Made by a program: the position numbers and the translations under genes. This document shows, one piece after another, positions 26,644-44,953 of a DNA stretch of 64,000 nucleotides. Each line of letters starts with the position of its first letter. The first letter of the stretch is position 1. The notes beneath the pieces were generated by a model, which worked only from the letters and a program-made list of their open reading frames with translations, was not told the DNA's origin and made no database searches. The stretch is from NCBI GenBank assembly GCA_050298595.1, contig JBNKUM010000085.1, positions 160,001-224,000 of the forward strand, given 5' to 3'. The DNA is from Gammaproteobacteria bacterium. GTDB taxonomy: Bacteria > Pseudomonadota > Gammaproteobacteria > GCA-001735895.

Positions 26644-28629
26644 CTAAGCTACAGAATTAACAGCTTCTACGACCTTATCAACCGTGAAACCGAAGTATTC
26701 AAATAACTGACCCGCAGGGGCAGACTCCCCAAAGCGATCAATACCGATTACTGCACCATTCAATCCTACATACTTATACCAGCTGTCGGTTACCGCCGCT
26801 TCAACAGCTACACGTGCGGTGACTGAAGCAGGCAACACCGATTCGCGGTAGGCTGCATCCTGAGCATCAAACAGATTGGTAGATGGCATAGATACCACAC
26901 GAATCTTTTTATCAGACAGCTTTGCCGCCGCATCAACCGCCAGAGCAACCTCTGAACCAGTCGCAATAATAATGACTTCAGGTGTACCGTCACAGTCTTT
27001 CAATACATAACCACCTTTGGCGATGTCAGCAATTTGAGCACTGCTACGTGGCTGATGTGCCAGGCCCTGACGAGAGAAAATCAGACTGCTAGGGCCATCT
27101 TTACGTTCGATAGCCTGTTGCCATGCAACCGCAGACTCTACGGCATCACAGGGGCGCCATACTGCCATATTTGGAATCATACGTAATGTAGGAATTTGCT
27201 CTATAGGCTGATGAGTTGGGCCATCTTCTCCCAGACCGACAGAGTCGTGGGTATAGACGAAGATTGAACGCTGTTTCATCAATGCGGCCATACGCAGTGC
27301 ATTACGTGCATATTCCGAGAACATCAGGAAGGTCGCGCCAAAAGGAATCAGGCCACCATGTAGCGCAATACCATTCATAATGGCTGACATACCGAATTCG
27401 CGTACACCATAACGCACATAGTTAGCGTCTTCATTCGCATCCATTGGCTTGTAACCAGACCATTCGGTCAGGTTGGAACAACCCAGATCAGCCGATCCAC
27501 CAAACAGCTCTGGAACCATCGGAGAGTATGCTTCGATACAGGCTAAGGAAGCCTGACGAGTCGCTGGACTTTTAGCATCGGCGTTCACTGCTGCGATATA
27601 ATCTGCAGATTTCGCAGCCCAGTCTGCTGGTAATTCACCGGACATACGGCGTTCGAATTCCGCGGCCAGCTCTGGGTTATCTGCTTTATACGCTGCGAAT
27701 TTTTCATTCCACTCGGCTTCTACATGACTACCTTTAGCTTTGGCATCCCAACCGGCATAGATATCTTCTGGAACCACAAAAGCTTCATATTCCCAACCTA
27801 ATGCTTCCTTGGTTTGATCGATCTCTTCCTGACCCAATGGGGCACCGTGACAGGAGTGGCTACCCGCTTTATTTGGTGAACCAAAACCGATAGTCGTCTT
27901 ACAGCAAATTAGAGTGGGCTTATCAGTATTTGCTTTAGCCGCTTCAACTGCCTGAGCAATCGCTTCAGCATCATGCCCATCGACATTAGGAATAACATGC
28001 CAGCCATAGGCTTCAAAACGTTTTGGAGTATCGTCGGTAAACCAGCCATCAACATGACCATCTATAGAAATACCATTGTCATCCCAGAAAGCAATCAGCT
28101 TGCCGAGACCCAAAGTTCCTGCAAGCGAGCATGACTCATGCGAAATACCTTCCATCATGCAGCCATCGCCCAGGAACACGTAGGTATGATGATCGACTAC
28201 CGTATGACCGCCTTTATTGAATTCAGCAGCCAGTGCTTTTTCAGCAATCGCCATACCTACAGCATTGGTAATACCCTGGCCTAATGGACCGGTAGTAGTT
28301 TCAATGCCTGGGGCATAACCATGCTCTGGATGACCTGGAGTTTTGGAATGTAGTTGGCGGAAGTTTTTAAGATCGTCGATTGAAATATCGTAACCGGTTA
28401 AATGCAGCAAAGAATAAATCAGCATTGAACCATGTCCATTGGACAGGACAAATCTATCTCTGTCCACCCATCCAGGATTGGAAGGGTTGTGTTTCATATG
28501 GTCATTCCATAGCACTTCAGCAATGTCAGCCATACCCATTGGGGCACCTGGATGACCAGAATTCGCCTTCTGGACAGCGTCCATACTCAGCGCACGAACA
28601 GCATTTGCGAGATCTCTACGAGATGGCAT
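26644..28629 (-). CDS. tkt: Transketolase
   Basis: [27 protein letters not shown]. Confidence 0.98.
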   Translation of the reverse strand: MPSRRDLANAVRALSMDAVQKANSGHPGAPMGMADIAEVLWNDHMKHNPSNPGWVDRDRFVLSNGHGSMLIYSLLHLTGYDISIDDLKNFRQLHSKTPGHPEHGYAPGIETTTGPLGQGITNAVGMAIAEKALAAEFNKGGHTVVDHHTYVFLGDGCMMEGISHESCSLAGTLGLGKLIAFWDDNGISIDGHVDGWFTDDTPKRFEAYGWHVIPNVDGHDAEAIAQAVEAAKANTDKPTLICCKTTIGFGSPNKAGSHSCHGAPLGQEEIDQTKEALGWEYEAFVVPEDIYAGWDAKAKGSHVEAEWNEKFAAYKADNPELAAEFERRMSGELPADWAAKSADYIAAVNADAKSPATRQASLACIEAYSPMVPELFGGSADLGCSNLTEWSGYKPMDANEDANYVRYGVREFGMSAIMNGIALHGGLIPFGATFLMFSEYARNALRMAALMKQRSIFVYTHDSVGLGEDGPTHQPIEQIPTLRMIPNMAVWRPCDAVESAVAWQQAIERKDGPSSLIFSRQGLAHQPRSSAQIADIAKGGYVLKDCDGTPEVIIIATGSEVALAVDAAAKLSDKKIRVVSMPSTNLFDAQDAAYRESVLPASVTARVAVEAAVTDSWYKYVGLNGAVIGIDRFGESAPAGQLFEYFGFTVDKVVEAVNSVA

Positions 28630-28928
28630 AGCTTTCTCCTCACTTTTAAAAAAAATCATTGTCCTACTCAGCCATCGTGGCTAAGCAAAAAGCTTTATAA
28701 TCGTTATATATCGCTTTAAATAAACTAATAGTCTGTATTGAAAATACCATTAGCAGCGATTAAGGCGCGCTATTCTCGCCCAGAATCAATTTTTCAGCAA
28801 CTCAAAAAGGTTATTGCGGTATCAATTCACACTATTACGACTAAATGATGACCACTCTGCTATTGGCTTGTGAACTGTCTGTAAAAGCGCTATATAATGC
28901 GCGCTTTGCCTAGACCTTAAGGTAGATC

Positions 28929-30092
28929 ATGTCCAATACATTCATATTTACATCTGAGTCAGTCTCAGAAGGCCATCCTGACAAACTCTGCGACGCAGTA
29001 TCCGATGCGATACTGGATGCGGTTCTGGCTCAGGACAAGCACGCACGTGTCGCCTGCGAAACTCTTGCCAAAACAGGTATGGTGTTGCTAGCAGGTGAGT
29101 TAAGCACCACGGCTCGAGTCGATTTCGAATCTATTGTACGCAATACCGTCATCGAAATCGGATACGATAATTCAGATGTAGGATTTGATGGTAAGACCTG
29201 TGCCGTCATTAATGCGCTGGGGCATCAGTCGCCTGATATCGCCATGGGCGTTGATCGAAGCATTGACGAAGACCAGGGCGCTGGCGATCAGGGCCTGATG
29301 TTTGGTTACGCAACCAATGAAACCGATAATCTGATGCCTGCCCCTATAAGTTATGCCCACAAACTTGTAAAACGCCAGGCTGATGTGCGCCGTGCTGGGA
29401 CACTCAGCTGGTTAAGACCCGACGCCAAAAGTCAGCTAACTTTCCTGTACCGTGACGGCAAACCGGCAGCAGTTAATGCGATTGTATTATCCACCCAACA
29501 CTCTCCTGATGTTTCATTAGCTGACCTGAAAGAAGGCGTAATGGAAGAAATCATCAAGCCAGTCATCCCCGCAGAATGGATAAATCGAGATACCCAGATC
29601 CATATCAACCCAACCGGCAACTTTGTGATTGGAGGCCCTGTTGGCGATGCTGGTTTAACCGGGCGCAAAATCATTGTCGACACCTATGGCGGTATGGCTC
29701 GTCATGGTGGCGGAGCCTTCTCGGGCAAGGATCCTTCCAAAGTTGATCGCTCGGCTGCCTATGCCGGGCGCTATGTAGCCAAGAACATCGTCGCCGCGGG
29801 TTTAGCCAATCGCTGTGAAATCCAGATCAGTTATGCGATAGGCGTAGCCAAACCAACCTCTATCAGCATAGAAACCTTTGAAACCAATCATGTTGATGAA
29901 AAAATGATCGTTGATCTGGTACGTGAGCATTTTGATCTTAGGCCATGGGGCATCATTAACGGCCTGAATCTGCTCAACATGACCTATCGCGATACTGCGG
30001 CCTATGGTCACTTTGGTCGCGAAGATCTGGATCTGAGTTGGGAAAAAACAGATATAGCTAAATTGCTAAGAGCTGAAGCGGGTCTATCATAA
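28929..30092 (+). CDS. metK: S-adenosylmethionine synthetase
   Basis: [28 protein letters not shown]. Confidence 0.98.
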   Translation: MSNTFIFTSESVSEGHPDKLCDAVSDAILDAVLAQDKHARVACETLAKTGMVLLAGELSTTARVDFESIVRNTVIEIGYDNSDVGFDGKTCAVINALGHQSPDIAMGVDRSIDEDQGAGDQGLMFGYATNETDNLMPAPISYAHKLVKRQADVRRAGTLSWLRPDAKSQLTFLYRDGKPAAVNAIVLSTQHSPDVSLADLKEGVMEEIIKPVIPAEWINRDTQIHINPTGNFVIGGPVGDAGLTGRKIIVDTYGGMARHGGGAFSGKDPSKVDRSAAYAGRYVAKNIVAAGLANRCEIQISYAIGVAKPTSISIETFETNHVDEKMIVDLVREHFDLRPWGIINGLNLLNMTYRDTAAYGHFGREDLDLSWEKTDIAKLLRAEAGLS

Positions 30093-30148
30093 ATACACGT
30101 CGTGGCTTTACAAATTTAATTCTCAGGCTAGAATACACCATCTTGATT

Positions 30149-30176
30149 TGCCCGTAGCTCTACGGGCACTTTATTT
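30149..30176 (+). terminator. Probable intrinsic terminator after metK
   Basis: tgcccgtag-ct-ctacgggca followed by ctttattt. Confidence 0.55.
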
Positions 30177-30240
30177 GAGGAGCGCTGCGACAGTCTTTAC
30201 TGCCAGGCTCGAATGAAGTTATACGGTCAACGGCGCTCAT
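30173..30240 (+). ncRNA. SAH riboswitch
   Basis: GAGGAGCGCTGCGAC...GCCAGGCTCG...AACGGCGCTC consensus blocks directly upstream of ahcY. Confidence 0.92.
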
Positions 30241-30265
30241 AAATCAAACCCACGAGGTAAAATTT

Positions 30266-31672
30266 ATGAACACTGAAACATCCCCTGATTACATCATCAC
30301 CGACCTGTCACTCACCGACTGGGGTCGTAAAGAAATCCGCATTGCTGAAACCGAAATGCCAGGTCTGGTTTCATTACGCGGAAAATACGCAAACGAACTC
30401 CCGTTAAAAGGTGCCCGTATAGCTGGCAGCCTGCACATGACGATTCAAACAGCCGTACTCATCGAAACTTTAATCGCTTTAGGCGCAGAGGTTCGCTGGG
30501 CATCCTGCAACATTTTCTCCACTCAGGATCATGCTGCGGCTGCGATAGCGGCTAGTGGTATCCCTGTTTTTGCCTACAAGGGCGAATCACTGGAGGAATA
30601 CTGGCAATTCACTCACCGCATTATGGAATGGTCCGATGGCGGTACGCCGAATATGATTCTTGACGATGGCGGGGATGCAACCCTGCTGTTAATTCTTGGC
30701 GCAAAAGCAGAAAAAGATATCTCGGTGCTGGACAACCCTGGTAGTGAAGAAGAGACCGTTATGTACAATAGCATCAAGACCCGTCTCAAATCCTCGCCTA
30801 ACTGGTATTCAGAGCGCCTGGCTAATATCAAGGGTGTGACTGAAGAAACGACCACTGGAGTGCATCGACTTTATCAAATGCAGGCCAGGGGCGAACTGCC
30901 CTTCCCAGCTATCAATGTCAACGACTCTGTAACCAAGTCAAAATTCGACAACCTGTATGGCTGTCGCGAGTCTCTGGTCGACGGTATTAAACGCGCCACT
31001 GATGTCATGATTGCAGGCAAGATCGCATTAGTACTGGGTTATGGAGATGTGGGTAAAGGCTGCGCTCAATCACTACGTGGACTTGGGGCTACCGTATGGG
31101 TAACTGAGATTGATCCCATTTGCGCGCTACAGGCTGCAATGGAAGGTTACCGTGTGGTTACCATGGACCAAGCCTGCAAGCAGGCAGACATTTTCGTCAC
31201 TACTACGGGTAATTACCATGTCATTAACCACGACCACATGATTCAGATGAAAGATCAGTCGATTGTTTGTAATATCGGTCATTTTGATAATGAAATCGAT
31301 GTTGCCTCACTCAAACAATACCAGTGGGAAAATATCAAGCCTCAGGTTGATCATATTATCTTTCCTGATGGCAGGCGCATCATTCTTCTCGCCGAAGGGC
31401 GACTGGTAAACCTGGGGTGTGCTACGGGGCACCCTAGCTTCGTCATGTCTAACTCTTTTACCAATCAGACGCTGGCCCAGATTGAACTATTCAATAATAC
31501 CGGCAGCTATGAAAATCAGGTTTATACCTTACCTAAAAAGCTGGATGAAGAAGTAGCCCGACTGCATCTGGAAAAGATTGGCGTTCAACTGACCACCCTT
31601 ACGCAAGAACAGTCTGATTACATCGATGTTCCCGTTGAAGGCCCCTACAAGTCTGATCACTACCGTTATTAA
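30266..31672 (+). CDS. ahcY: Adenosylhomocysteinase
   Basis: [41 protein letters not shown]-terminus. Confidence 0.98.
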   Translation: MNTETSPDYIITDLSLTDWGRKEIRIAETEMPGLVSLRGKYANELPLKGARIAGSLHMTIQTAVLIETLIALGAEVRWASCNIFSTQDHAAAAIAASGIPVFAYKGESLEEYWQFTHRIMEWSDGGTPNMILDDGGDATLLLILGAKAEKDISVLDNPGSEEETVMYNSIKTRLKSSPNWYSERLANIKGVTEETTTGVHRLYQMQARGELPFPAINVNDSVTKSKFDNLYGCRESLVDGIKRATDVMIAGKIALVLGYGDVGKGCAQSLRGLGATVWVTEIDPICALQAAMEGYRVVTMDQACKQADIFVTTTGNYHVINHDHMIQMKDQSIVCNIGHFDNEIDVASLKQYQWENIKPQVDHIIFPDGRRIILLAEGRLVNLGCATGHPSFVMSNSFTNQTLAQIELFNNTGSYENQVYTLPKKLDEEVARLHLEKIGVQLTTLTQEQSDYIDVPVEGPYKSDHYRY

Positions 31673-31690
31673 TACGGGCAGGGCTAACTT

Positions 31691-32533
31691 ATGTCTGTAA
31701 AAGTACTTGAACTCAGTTATGAGTTCTTTCCTCCGCGTACCGATGCAGGGAAAGAAACGCTTGCTCGAACTCGCAGAGATCTGGCAGAACTGAATCCTGC
31801 TTTTTACTCTGTCACCTTTGGGGCTGGCGGCTCTACTCGAGATAAGACTCTGGAAACAGTTATAGATATACAACAAAACTCTGAAGTCGACGCCTGCCCA
31901 CATATCACCTGTGTCGGCGCAAGCAATGATGAAATCATCGAGCTGCTTGAGATTTATCGCAGCAACGATATACACCGACTACTGGTGTTACGTGGAGACC
32001 TGCCGTCTGGTATGGTTGGCATGGGTGAGTGTAAAAATGCAAATCAACTGCTGGAGCTGATTCGGTCGCATTTTGGTAATTATTTTAATCTGACGGTTGC
32101 GGCCTACCCAGAGGCCCATCCTGATTCCAGACACCTGCTAAGCGAAGTCGAATTCTTCGTCCAAAAGATGAATGCTGGAGCTGACGCAGCGATCACCCAG
32201 TACTTCTATAACTGTGACAGCTATTATCACTTTATGGATCTATGTACAGCACAAGGTATTCAGCAGCCGGTTTATCCGGGAATAATGCCGATAGCCAATT
32301 TCGACAGTCTTAAACGGTTTTCCAGACAATGCGGTGCTGAGATTCCGCGCTGGATCAAAAAAAGCATGGCTGCTTATGAAAATAACTCGGAGTCGCAACG
32401 TCAGCTTGGAATAGAAATTGTAACCCGCCAGTGTGAACAGTTGATTGCCAACGGTGTGCCAGGATTACACTTTTACACCATGAACCAGTCAACACTGACT
32501 CGTGCTATCCTGCACAATCTGAATCTGGATTAA
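31691..32533 (+). CDS. metF: 5,10-methylenetetrahydrofolate reductase
   Basis: SYEFFPPR, SVTFGAGG, LRGD, AYPE.HP, ITQ, LHFYTMN. Confidence 0.95.
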   Translation: MSVKVLELSYEFFPPRTDAGKETLARTRRDLAELNPAFYSVTFGAGGSTRDKTLETVIDIQQNSEVDACPHITCVGASNDEIIELLEIYRSNDIHRLLVLRGDLPSGMVGMGECKNANQLLELIRSHFGNYFNLTVAAYPEAHPDSRHLLSEVEFFVQKMNAGADAAITQYFYNCDSYYHFMDLCTAQGIQQPVYPGIMPIANFDSLKRFSRQCGAEIPRWIKKSMAAYENNSESQRQLGIEIVTRQCEQLIANGVPGLHFYTMNQSTLTRAILHNLNLD

Positions 32534-32547
32534 TTCTCAAGGGTAAG

Positions 32548-33282
32548 ATGCGTCTTTCACGTATATACATTGATGAGCCCCTCTCCACTGGTCAAAGTGT
32601 GTCACTACCAGTGGACAGGGCTCATTACGTAAAAAATGTATTACGACTGCAAAATGGCCAACAGATTTTGCTGTTTAATGGAACTGAAGCCCTTGACCAT
32701 CTGGCTCAGATTCGCATTGAGGGCAAAAACGTTAGTGCCCAGCTGCAATCATCTATTCCGAAATCCAATGACCCCTCTATCGACATCCGCCTGATACAGG
32801 CTCTGGGACGCTCAGAACATAATGACTTTGTGATTCAAAAGGGTACTGAGCTAGGCGCCAGTCATTTCATTTTTTTTAATGCTGAGCGGACTCAATCACC
32901 CCTGAAATCGAGTCGCCTGGATAAGAAGTTATCGCACTGGAAATCGATAGCGATCAGCGCCAGTGAGCAGTGTAAGCGAAATATAATTCCTCAAATTACC
33001 TTCTCCCGATCACTTGAAGATTGCCTGCTTAAAACAAGTTCAGGCAATGGCATATTACTGGATTTAGGGGGTGAAAAATTTTCTCAGATTGCTGGACGTT
33101 TAAATCCAGTTAATCCACTTTACATTGTAATCGGGCCGGAAGGCGGATTTAATCACCAGGAAGTTCAGCTATTAACTGACAGTGAATTACTGGCCTGTAA
33201 TATTGGGCCAAGAGTTTTGCGCATGGAATCTGCAGCAATTAGTGCAATAACGCTAATGCAACATTATCTGGGAGACATGTAA
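32548..33282 (+). CDS. rsmE: 16S rRNA m3U1498 methyltransferase
   Basis: QKGTELG, ASEQC.R, IGPEGGF, GPRVLR.E.A. Confidence 0.95.
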   Translation: MRLSRIYIDEPLSTGQSVSLPVDRAHYVKNVLRLQNGQQILLFNGTEALDHLAQIRIEGKNVSAQLQSSIPKSNDPSIDIRLIQALGRSEHNDFVIQKGTELGASHFIFFNAERTQSPLKSSRLDKKLSHWKSIAISASEQCKRNIIPQITFSRSLEDCLLKTSSGNGILLDLGGEKFSQIAGRLNPVNPLYIVIGPEGGFNHQEVQLLTDSELLACNIGPRVLRMESAAISAITLMQHYLGDM

Positions 33283-33311
33283 GAAATAACATAAAAAAAA
33301 TTACTAAGTGA

Positions 33312-33770
33312 TCAGTGTTGAATTTTCTGTTTCAGACTAATCAGGATGGCATCAAGATCCGGGATAAACAACTGACCAATTATCGCGTCGGCCTGTGTCA
33401 CTAAATACTTACAATCAACAGCCACATTTGACTGAATCAATCGCTCTTCTTCAGCCAGATAGGCGCGTGGAATATCCTGCAAGATGATGCCAAAATAGGG
33501 CATACTCTGATCTCCGGTCAAATTATACACAATAGCGATTCGACTACGTGGCCCAGGCTCAATCGTGACATTCTGGCACATTTTTTCTACGGATATCACT
33601 GGCACCATAGCACCGCGCCAGGAGATTTCACCATTGTACCAGTCAGATCCTTCATAGCCGACTTCAGGCTCCGTGTAACCGATGATTTCTGCTACCGCCG
33701 AATTAGGTAACAGCAGATACATACCCATCAAAGGTAATTGCATACAACGAATTGAAGAATTCTCAGCCAT
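33312..33770 (-). CDS. chpC: CheW-like protein of the Pil-Chp system
   Basis: LLLPNSAVAEII, G.ISWRG..VPVIS; follows chpA. Confidence 0.8.
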   Translation of the reverse strand: MAENSSIRCMQLPLMGMYLLLPNSAVAEIIGYTEPEVGYEGSDWYNGEISWRGAMVPVISVEKMCQNVTIEPGPRSRIAIVYNLTGDQSMPYFGIILQDIPRAYLAEEERLIQSNVAVDCKYLVTQADAIIGQLFIPDLDAILISLKQKIQH

Positions 33771-33793
33771 AATCTAATTCGTACTCTTAGTCA

Positions 33794-39895
<6,102 letters not shown>

Positions 39896-39913
39896 ATCTG
39901 CCCTATACCGTTG

Positions 39914-42061
39914 TTAAACCTGCTCTGATTCTGGATTGAAGCTAGCCAGATCATTGACATTATTGATAATTGTACTTTCCGGCGTAACCTGCAGGTCATC
40001 TGGCAGTTTAAATCCAGCCACAGAATGATGCAGTGCTTTAACCATTCCAGATAACTGACCTATTGATTCGGCTGTATGCACGGCATTTTCTGATGTCTTT
40101 ATAGTAATCTGTTGAATCTCATCCATATTTTGGGTGATTTCCACACTGTCCTTAGCGTGCTTCTGAGTCGCATTGGATATCTGCAAAATACGTTGCGCGA
40201 GATTGGTTGATACCGTTTCAATTTTATCCAGAGCGTTACCCGCATCCTCTGCCAGATTGGCGCCTTCAACCACGTTAGAGGTACTTTGTTCCATTGATGA
40301 AATCGCTTCATTTGTATCTGCCTGAATGGTTTTCACCAGCGCTTCTATCTGCTTGGTCGCATCACCCGTCCTTTCCGCCAGTCGTTGTACTTCATCCGCA
40401 ACCACCGCGAAGCCTCGACCCGCTTCACCCGCCATGGATGCCTGTATTGCCGCATTCAATGCGAGAATGTTGGTTTGATCCGAGATCTCATTAATCAGGT
40501 TTACGATATCACCGATTTCCTGCGAGCTTTCACCCAATCGTTTAATTCGTTTTGAAGTTTCCTGTATTTGCTCACGTATAGATTCCATACCAGCAATAGT
40601 TTTTCTTACTGTTTCACCACCATTATGAGCGATGTTTACCGAGTTTCTCGCAACATCTGCAGAGTCAGATGCATTCTTAGACACCTCACTCATGCTTTCT
40701 GATATTGAAGTAATGGATGAGCTGGCTAGAGAGATTTCTTTTGCCTGTTGTTCACTTGCCCTCGCCAGCTCACTGGTAGTAGCCTGGGTTCTCTTCACCG
40801 AGCTGGCAACCTGCACAGCAGTTAAGTTGATAGTTCCAACCAGATCACGTAGTGCATCAATAGAGTAGTTTACCGAGTCAGCAATCGCACCGGTAATATC
40901 TTCAGTTACTGTAGTATGTGTAGAGAGGTCACCATCAGCAAGATTGGTCATCTCATCCAGCAGCCTGAGGATCGCTCTCTGGTTTCTTTCATTCTGTTGC
41001 TGAGACTCTTCTAACTGTTGATTAGATGCTTTTACCAGTTGCATACCAAGCAATATGAGAAGGATAACCGCCACACCACCAGCCAAATAAGAAAGAAAAA
41101 TCAGATAGCCAAGCCCTTCATTATAAAGAGAGAGATTGCTGCCAAAATCTCGCGATGCCGCCAACAATTTAACACTGATAAGTTGAATGTTACTAGCTGC
41201 GTCACGTACTTCAAATAACTGCGGAGAATTTTTCAGAATCTGATCTACATTCTTTTTCACCACTGAAAACAGATCAGCAAGTTGTAACAGCTTTGAAACA
41301 ACTTCATCTCCGGTTAACTTTGTTATACCTAGCTCTCTGTCTCCTTCCAGCATACCAATCAGAATGCGTTCGATGAGCACGGTTTCTCGGCCGAATTGAT
41401 CAGCAGCAGCCATAACTACTTCACCACCACCCATGATTCGATTCAGGCTGTTTTGTACCGACTGGATTAATGCCAGCTGTTTAGAAGCCGAAGCGATATC
41501 GGTTCTAGGCGCTTTATTTTTTACCAGAATTTTAACTACATCATCTGACAGCACCAGCAGTTCTGGTATTGATTCATTAATCAGCGTGACATATTCGGTT
41601 ACTGTCTCGATTGCCACACGAGCATTAAGGATAGTGTCTATGCCTTTATTGTACTCCAGCCAAACCTGCTTGATTTTATCCAGATCCCCCTGCAATTCAA
41701 AAGGAATCGGTGGTAGACCCTGCTCAGGATCACCTGAATTAAGCTGTGTTAAAGTGTTTTCAAAACGTGACTGATAGCGTTTCAACTGTACAAATGCAGC
41801 AGAATTGCCTATGGATGCTTCCAGTGCAAAGGTAGCAATCTGCTGCGATACGATCTGTTGCTCATTTGAAATATTAGCATAAGCCTTAGTATGCTTTTCC
41901 TGAGTAGTTTCATAGCTAAATAAAATAACCATGGCCAGAATGGCAGCAACAATCCCCAGGGCATAAACCAACACACTGCGGCTGCCTTTTGAAACTGACC
42001 TACCCCTAGCACTAGCCCCTTTTTTTCCTAGTAATGATTTTTTTGTACCAAATAACCCCAT
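39914..42061 (-). CDS. pilJ: Methyl-accepting chemotaxis protein PilJ
   Basis: [39 protein letters not shown]. Confidence 0.93.
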   Translation of the reverse strand: MGLFGTKKSLLGKKGASARGRSVSKGSRSVLVYALGIVAAILAMVILFSYETTQEKHTKAYANISNEQQIVSQQIATFALEASIGNSAAFVQLKRYQSRFENTLTQLNSGDPEQGLPPIPFELQGDLDKIKQVWLEYNKGIDTILNARVAIETVTEYVTLINESIPELLVLSDDVVKILVKNKAPRTDIASASKQLALIQSVQNSLNRIMGGGEVVMAAADQFGRETVLIERILIGMLEGDRELGITKLTGDEVVSKLLQLADLFSVVKKNVDQILKNSPQLFEVRDAASNIQLISVKLLAASRDFGSNLSLYNEGLGYLIFLSYLAGGVAVILLILLGMQLVKASNQQLEESQQQNERNQRAILRLLDEMTNLADGDLSTHTTVTEDITGAIADSVNYSIDALRDLVGTINLTAVQVASSVKRTQATTSELARASEQQAKEISLASSSITSISESMSEVSKNASDSADVARNSVNIAHNGGETVRKTIAGMESIREQIQETSKRIKRLGESSQEIGDIVNLINEISDQTNILALNAAIQASMAGEAGRGFAVVADEVQRLAERTGDATKQIEALVKTIQADTNEAISSMEQSTSNVVEGANLAEDAGNALDKIETVSTNLAQRILQISNATQKHAKDSVEITQNMDEIQQITIKTSENAVHTAESIGQLSGMVKALHHSVAGFKLPDDLQVTPESTIINNVNDLASFNPESEQV

Positions 42062-42092
42062 AATACCCTCGATAAAAATAGTCGCTTAGCGA

Positions 42093-42626
42093 TCAGACAA
42101 TCTTGAGAAATTGTTCGTGTTGAACCAGTCTGTCTACGCTAAAAATAAACCATTCATTCTGGTCATCATCGAAAACACCATCCAGATAGGGTTCCAGAGA
42201 TCCATTTCCAGACACCTCCAGTTCCTTTCTCATATCAGGCTTAAATCTGCGTAGACCGAAAACCTCTTCAACCAACAAAGCAGCCACAACTCCATTCCGA
42301 TCAATAATCAAAACTCGACTATCCCCAGGTTTATCGATAGCTTGACTGTTTAAAAATTTATTCATATCCAGCACAGGCATCAGGTTGCCACGAATATTGG
42401 CCAATCCCTTTACCCAGCTCAGCACACCGGGTACCCGTATGGTTTGAGGCGGAGGCAGGATTTCAGCTACTTCATTCATCGGTGCAATTAGTCTAGTACC
42501 TGCTAATTTAAAGCCTATACCCACCCAATCATGGACGACTTTAGCACCTGTAGGCAGACCATTGGCGTTCTGACGGCAGCGCTGGTCATATTCCTGCAAT
42601 AGCGCAAAAGGGGAGGAGGCTACCAT
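42093..42626 (-). CDS. pilI: CheW-like protein PilI
   Basis: WVGIGF, VPG..SWVKGLANIRG.L.PVLD. Confidence 0.9.
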   Translation of the reverse strand: MVASSPFALLQEYDQRCRQNANGLPTGAKVVHDWVGIGFKLAGTRLIAPMNEVAEILPPPQTIRVPGVLSWVKGLANIRGNLMPVLDMNKFLNSQAIDKPGDSRVLIIDRNGVVAALLVEEVFGLRRFKPDMRKELEVSGNGSLEPYLDGVFDDDQNEWFIFSVDRLVQHEQFLKIV

Positions 42627-42631
42627 AATTT

Positions 42632-42994
42632 TTAGTTAAGCACCTGGTTGATTCTCGAAATAAGATCAGCTTCATTTGCTGGTTTTACAATATAATCTTT
42701 AGCACCCTGACGCATCCCCCAAATCCTGTCAGTCTCCTGGTCTTTGGTAGTAATAATAATTACCGGGATATTTGCAGTAGCTGGATTACGGCTAAGATCT
42801 CGAGTTGCCTGAAATCCATTCTTACCTGGCATCACTACATCCATCAAGATACAATCAGGTTTCAAATTAATAGCTTTTTCTATGCCTTCTTCGCCATTAC
42901 TGGCTACTGAAACCTGGATTTGATTCTTTTCCAGAATCGATTTAAAAACATGGACTTCAGTAGGTGAATCATCAATGATTAATATGTGTGTCAT
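42632..42994 (-). CDS. pilH: Response regulator PilH
   Basis: ILIIDDSPTE, MDVVMPG.NGFQATR, WGMRQGA. Confidence 0.93.
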   Translation of the reverse strand: MTHILIIDDSPTEVHVFKSILEKNQIQVSVASNGEEGIEKAINLKPDCILMDVVMPGKNGFQATRDLSRNPATANIPVIIITTKDQETDRIWGMRQGAKDYIVKPANEADLISRINQVLN

Positions 42995-43025
42995 TTATCT
43001 TAAGCCTCGATAACTGGAAACGACG

Positions 43026-43445
43026 TTAAACGCTCGCCACATGCGAGGTAATCGCCCCTATCAGATCTTCTTTAGAAAAAGGTTTGGTTAAATATTCTTC
43101 AGAACCAACAATACGTCCTCTAGCCCGATCAAAAATACTATCTTTACTAGACAGCATAATTACCGGGGTAGACTTGAATGTCTGATTATTTTTAATGAGA
43201 GCACAGGTCTGATAACCATCCAGACGTGGCATCATAATATCTACAAAAATGATATCAGGGTTATGCTCGGTAATTTTGGCCAGTGCCTCAAAACCATCTG
43301 TGGCTGTAACCACATCGCAGCCTACCTTTTTAAGTAAGGTTTCAGCGCTTCTCCGTATCGTTTTACTATCATCAATTACCATAACCTTTACATTTAGCCG
43401 TAAAGGTGGTTTTAGATTTGCTGATTGTTGAGACTCGTCGCTCAC
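43026..43445 (-). CDS. pilG: Response regulator PilG
   Basis: VMVIDDSKTIRRSAE, DIMMPRLDGYQTCALIK. Confidence 0.95.
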   Translation of the reverse strand: MSDESQQSANLKPPLRLNVKVMVIDDSKTIRRSAETLLKKVGCDVVTATDGFEALAKITEHNPDIIFVDIMMPRLDGYQTCALIKNNQTFKSTPVIMLSSKDSIFDRARGRIVGSEEYLTKPFSKEDLIGAITSHVASV

Positions 43446-43650
43446 ATCTCCCCCGATTTTAATATAAGTGCTTCACAGCCAATTCGGTCGCAAGTGATTA
43501 TAGACAGCATTTTGTTTTAAACCAGTGCTTTATTAAAAAAAAGTAAAGTAGATTCTAAATCAATACTAACAATACTGCCACGTTAAATATTTTTTACATT
43601 ATAACTACTAAATCAGTAGAATAAGCCGACATAAATCAACCAGATCGAGC

Positions 43651-44949
43651 ATGAACGTTCTAAGCTTACCTACAGTCCCTCATCTCATCACCGCCAACTA
43701 TCATCCACCAGAAGAATTAGAGAGACACATTCTTAACCATCAGGATGATATTGAGATCTGGTTTCACCAGCAATTCCAGGAATTTCCTGCTCCTTTCTAT
43801 ACCAGTGTAGACCTGCGTAACACAGGGTACAAACTGCCCCCGATAGATACTAACCTTTTTCCTGCAAGCTTTAATAACCTGAATCCAGCATCTAAGCCCT
43901 TATGTATACAGGCTATACAGATCGCACTGGAACGCTTTTGCCCAGATGCGAAAGGCATATTGATTATACCTGAAAACCATACACGTAACCTTGCTTACCT
44001 GGAAAATGTAGCAACCATTCAGGATTACATCAGTATTGCTGGTTATCGTTGCGCTTTAGGCACTCTAAGAGATGATGTTAAGTCCATAATCTCTATCGAT
44101 CTTCCTAGTGGGCGCTCAATTACGTTAAATAAAATCCACCGTAACGAAAACAATCAAATCAGTATAGATGATTTTACGCCATGTGCAGTATTATTAAACA
44201 ACGACATGTCTAGCGACCTGCCCAGAATTCTTAAGAACATACAACAAACCATAATCCCACCGTTAGATCTGAACTGGTCTAACCGTTCTAAGTCTGATCA
44301 TTTCCAGATTTATGATGATGTGGCAAGTAAATTCTGCGAGATAATAGATATAGACCCCTGGTTAATCCCCCCCCTGTTCACCAATTGCGGTGCAATTGAC
44401 TTTATGAAGCGCGAAGGAGAGGAATGTCTGATTAAAAACACTAGAGATCAGCTAGAGCAGATACAGAAGAAATACAATGAATACGGCATTACCGATAAGC
44501 CTTATGTAGCCATCAAGGCTGACCAGGGCACCAATGACATGCGTATTATGGTCGCTTATTCAGAAGATGACACAAAAGGCCTGAATAGAAAACAACGTAA
44601 CAATATGTCTTCAATTAAACAAGGTTGCGATACCTCAGAAGTCATACTGCAGGAAGGCGTACCGACCAGTGAAACCAGAGGCGATAACCGGCACACAGCA
44701 GAACCTGTAGCTACTATGATCGATCATTATATGGCTGGTGGCTTTTATCGCATACATCCCAGGAAAAGCACCACAGGCAACCTGAATTCTCCAGACATGT
44801 CTTTCGAACCTCTGGCATTTGCCGAAGCCTGCAATACCCCTGATGAAGAACTTGCAGAAGACGCCCGTCCAAACCGTTTCTATTCCTATGGCGTCATTGG
44901 CCGACGGGATCAATTAGCTGCTGCACGCGAAATTCAACAAGTCGATTAA
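43651..44949 (+). CDS. gshA: Glutamate--cysteine ligase (GshA, non-enteric type), divergent
   Basis: PFYTSVDLRN, DTNLFP, IPENHTRN, LLNND, QEGVPT, GGFYR; directly upstream of gshB; several conserved residues altered. Confidence 0.85.
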   Translation: MNVLSLPTVPHLITANYHPPEELERHILNHQDDIEIWFHQQFQEFPAPFYTSVDLRNTGYKLPPIDTNLFPASFNNLNPASKPLCIQAIQIALERFCPDAKGILIIPENHTRNLAYLENVATIQDYISIAGYRCALGTLRDDVKSIISIDLPSGRSITLNKIHRNENNQISIDDFTPCAVLLNNDMSSDLPRILKNIQQTIIPPLDLNWSNRSKSDHFQIYDDVASKFCEIIDIDPWLIPPLFTNCGAIDFMKREGEECLIKNTRDQLEQIQKKYNEYGITDKPYVAIKADQGTNDMRIMVAYSEDDTKGLNRKQRNNMSSIKQGCDTSEVILQEGVPTSETRGDNRHTAEPVATMIDHYMAGGFYRIHPRKSTTGNLNSPDMSFEPLAFAEACNTPDEELAEDARPNRFYSYGVIGRRDQLAAAREIQQVD

Positions 44950-44953
44950 ACAT

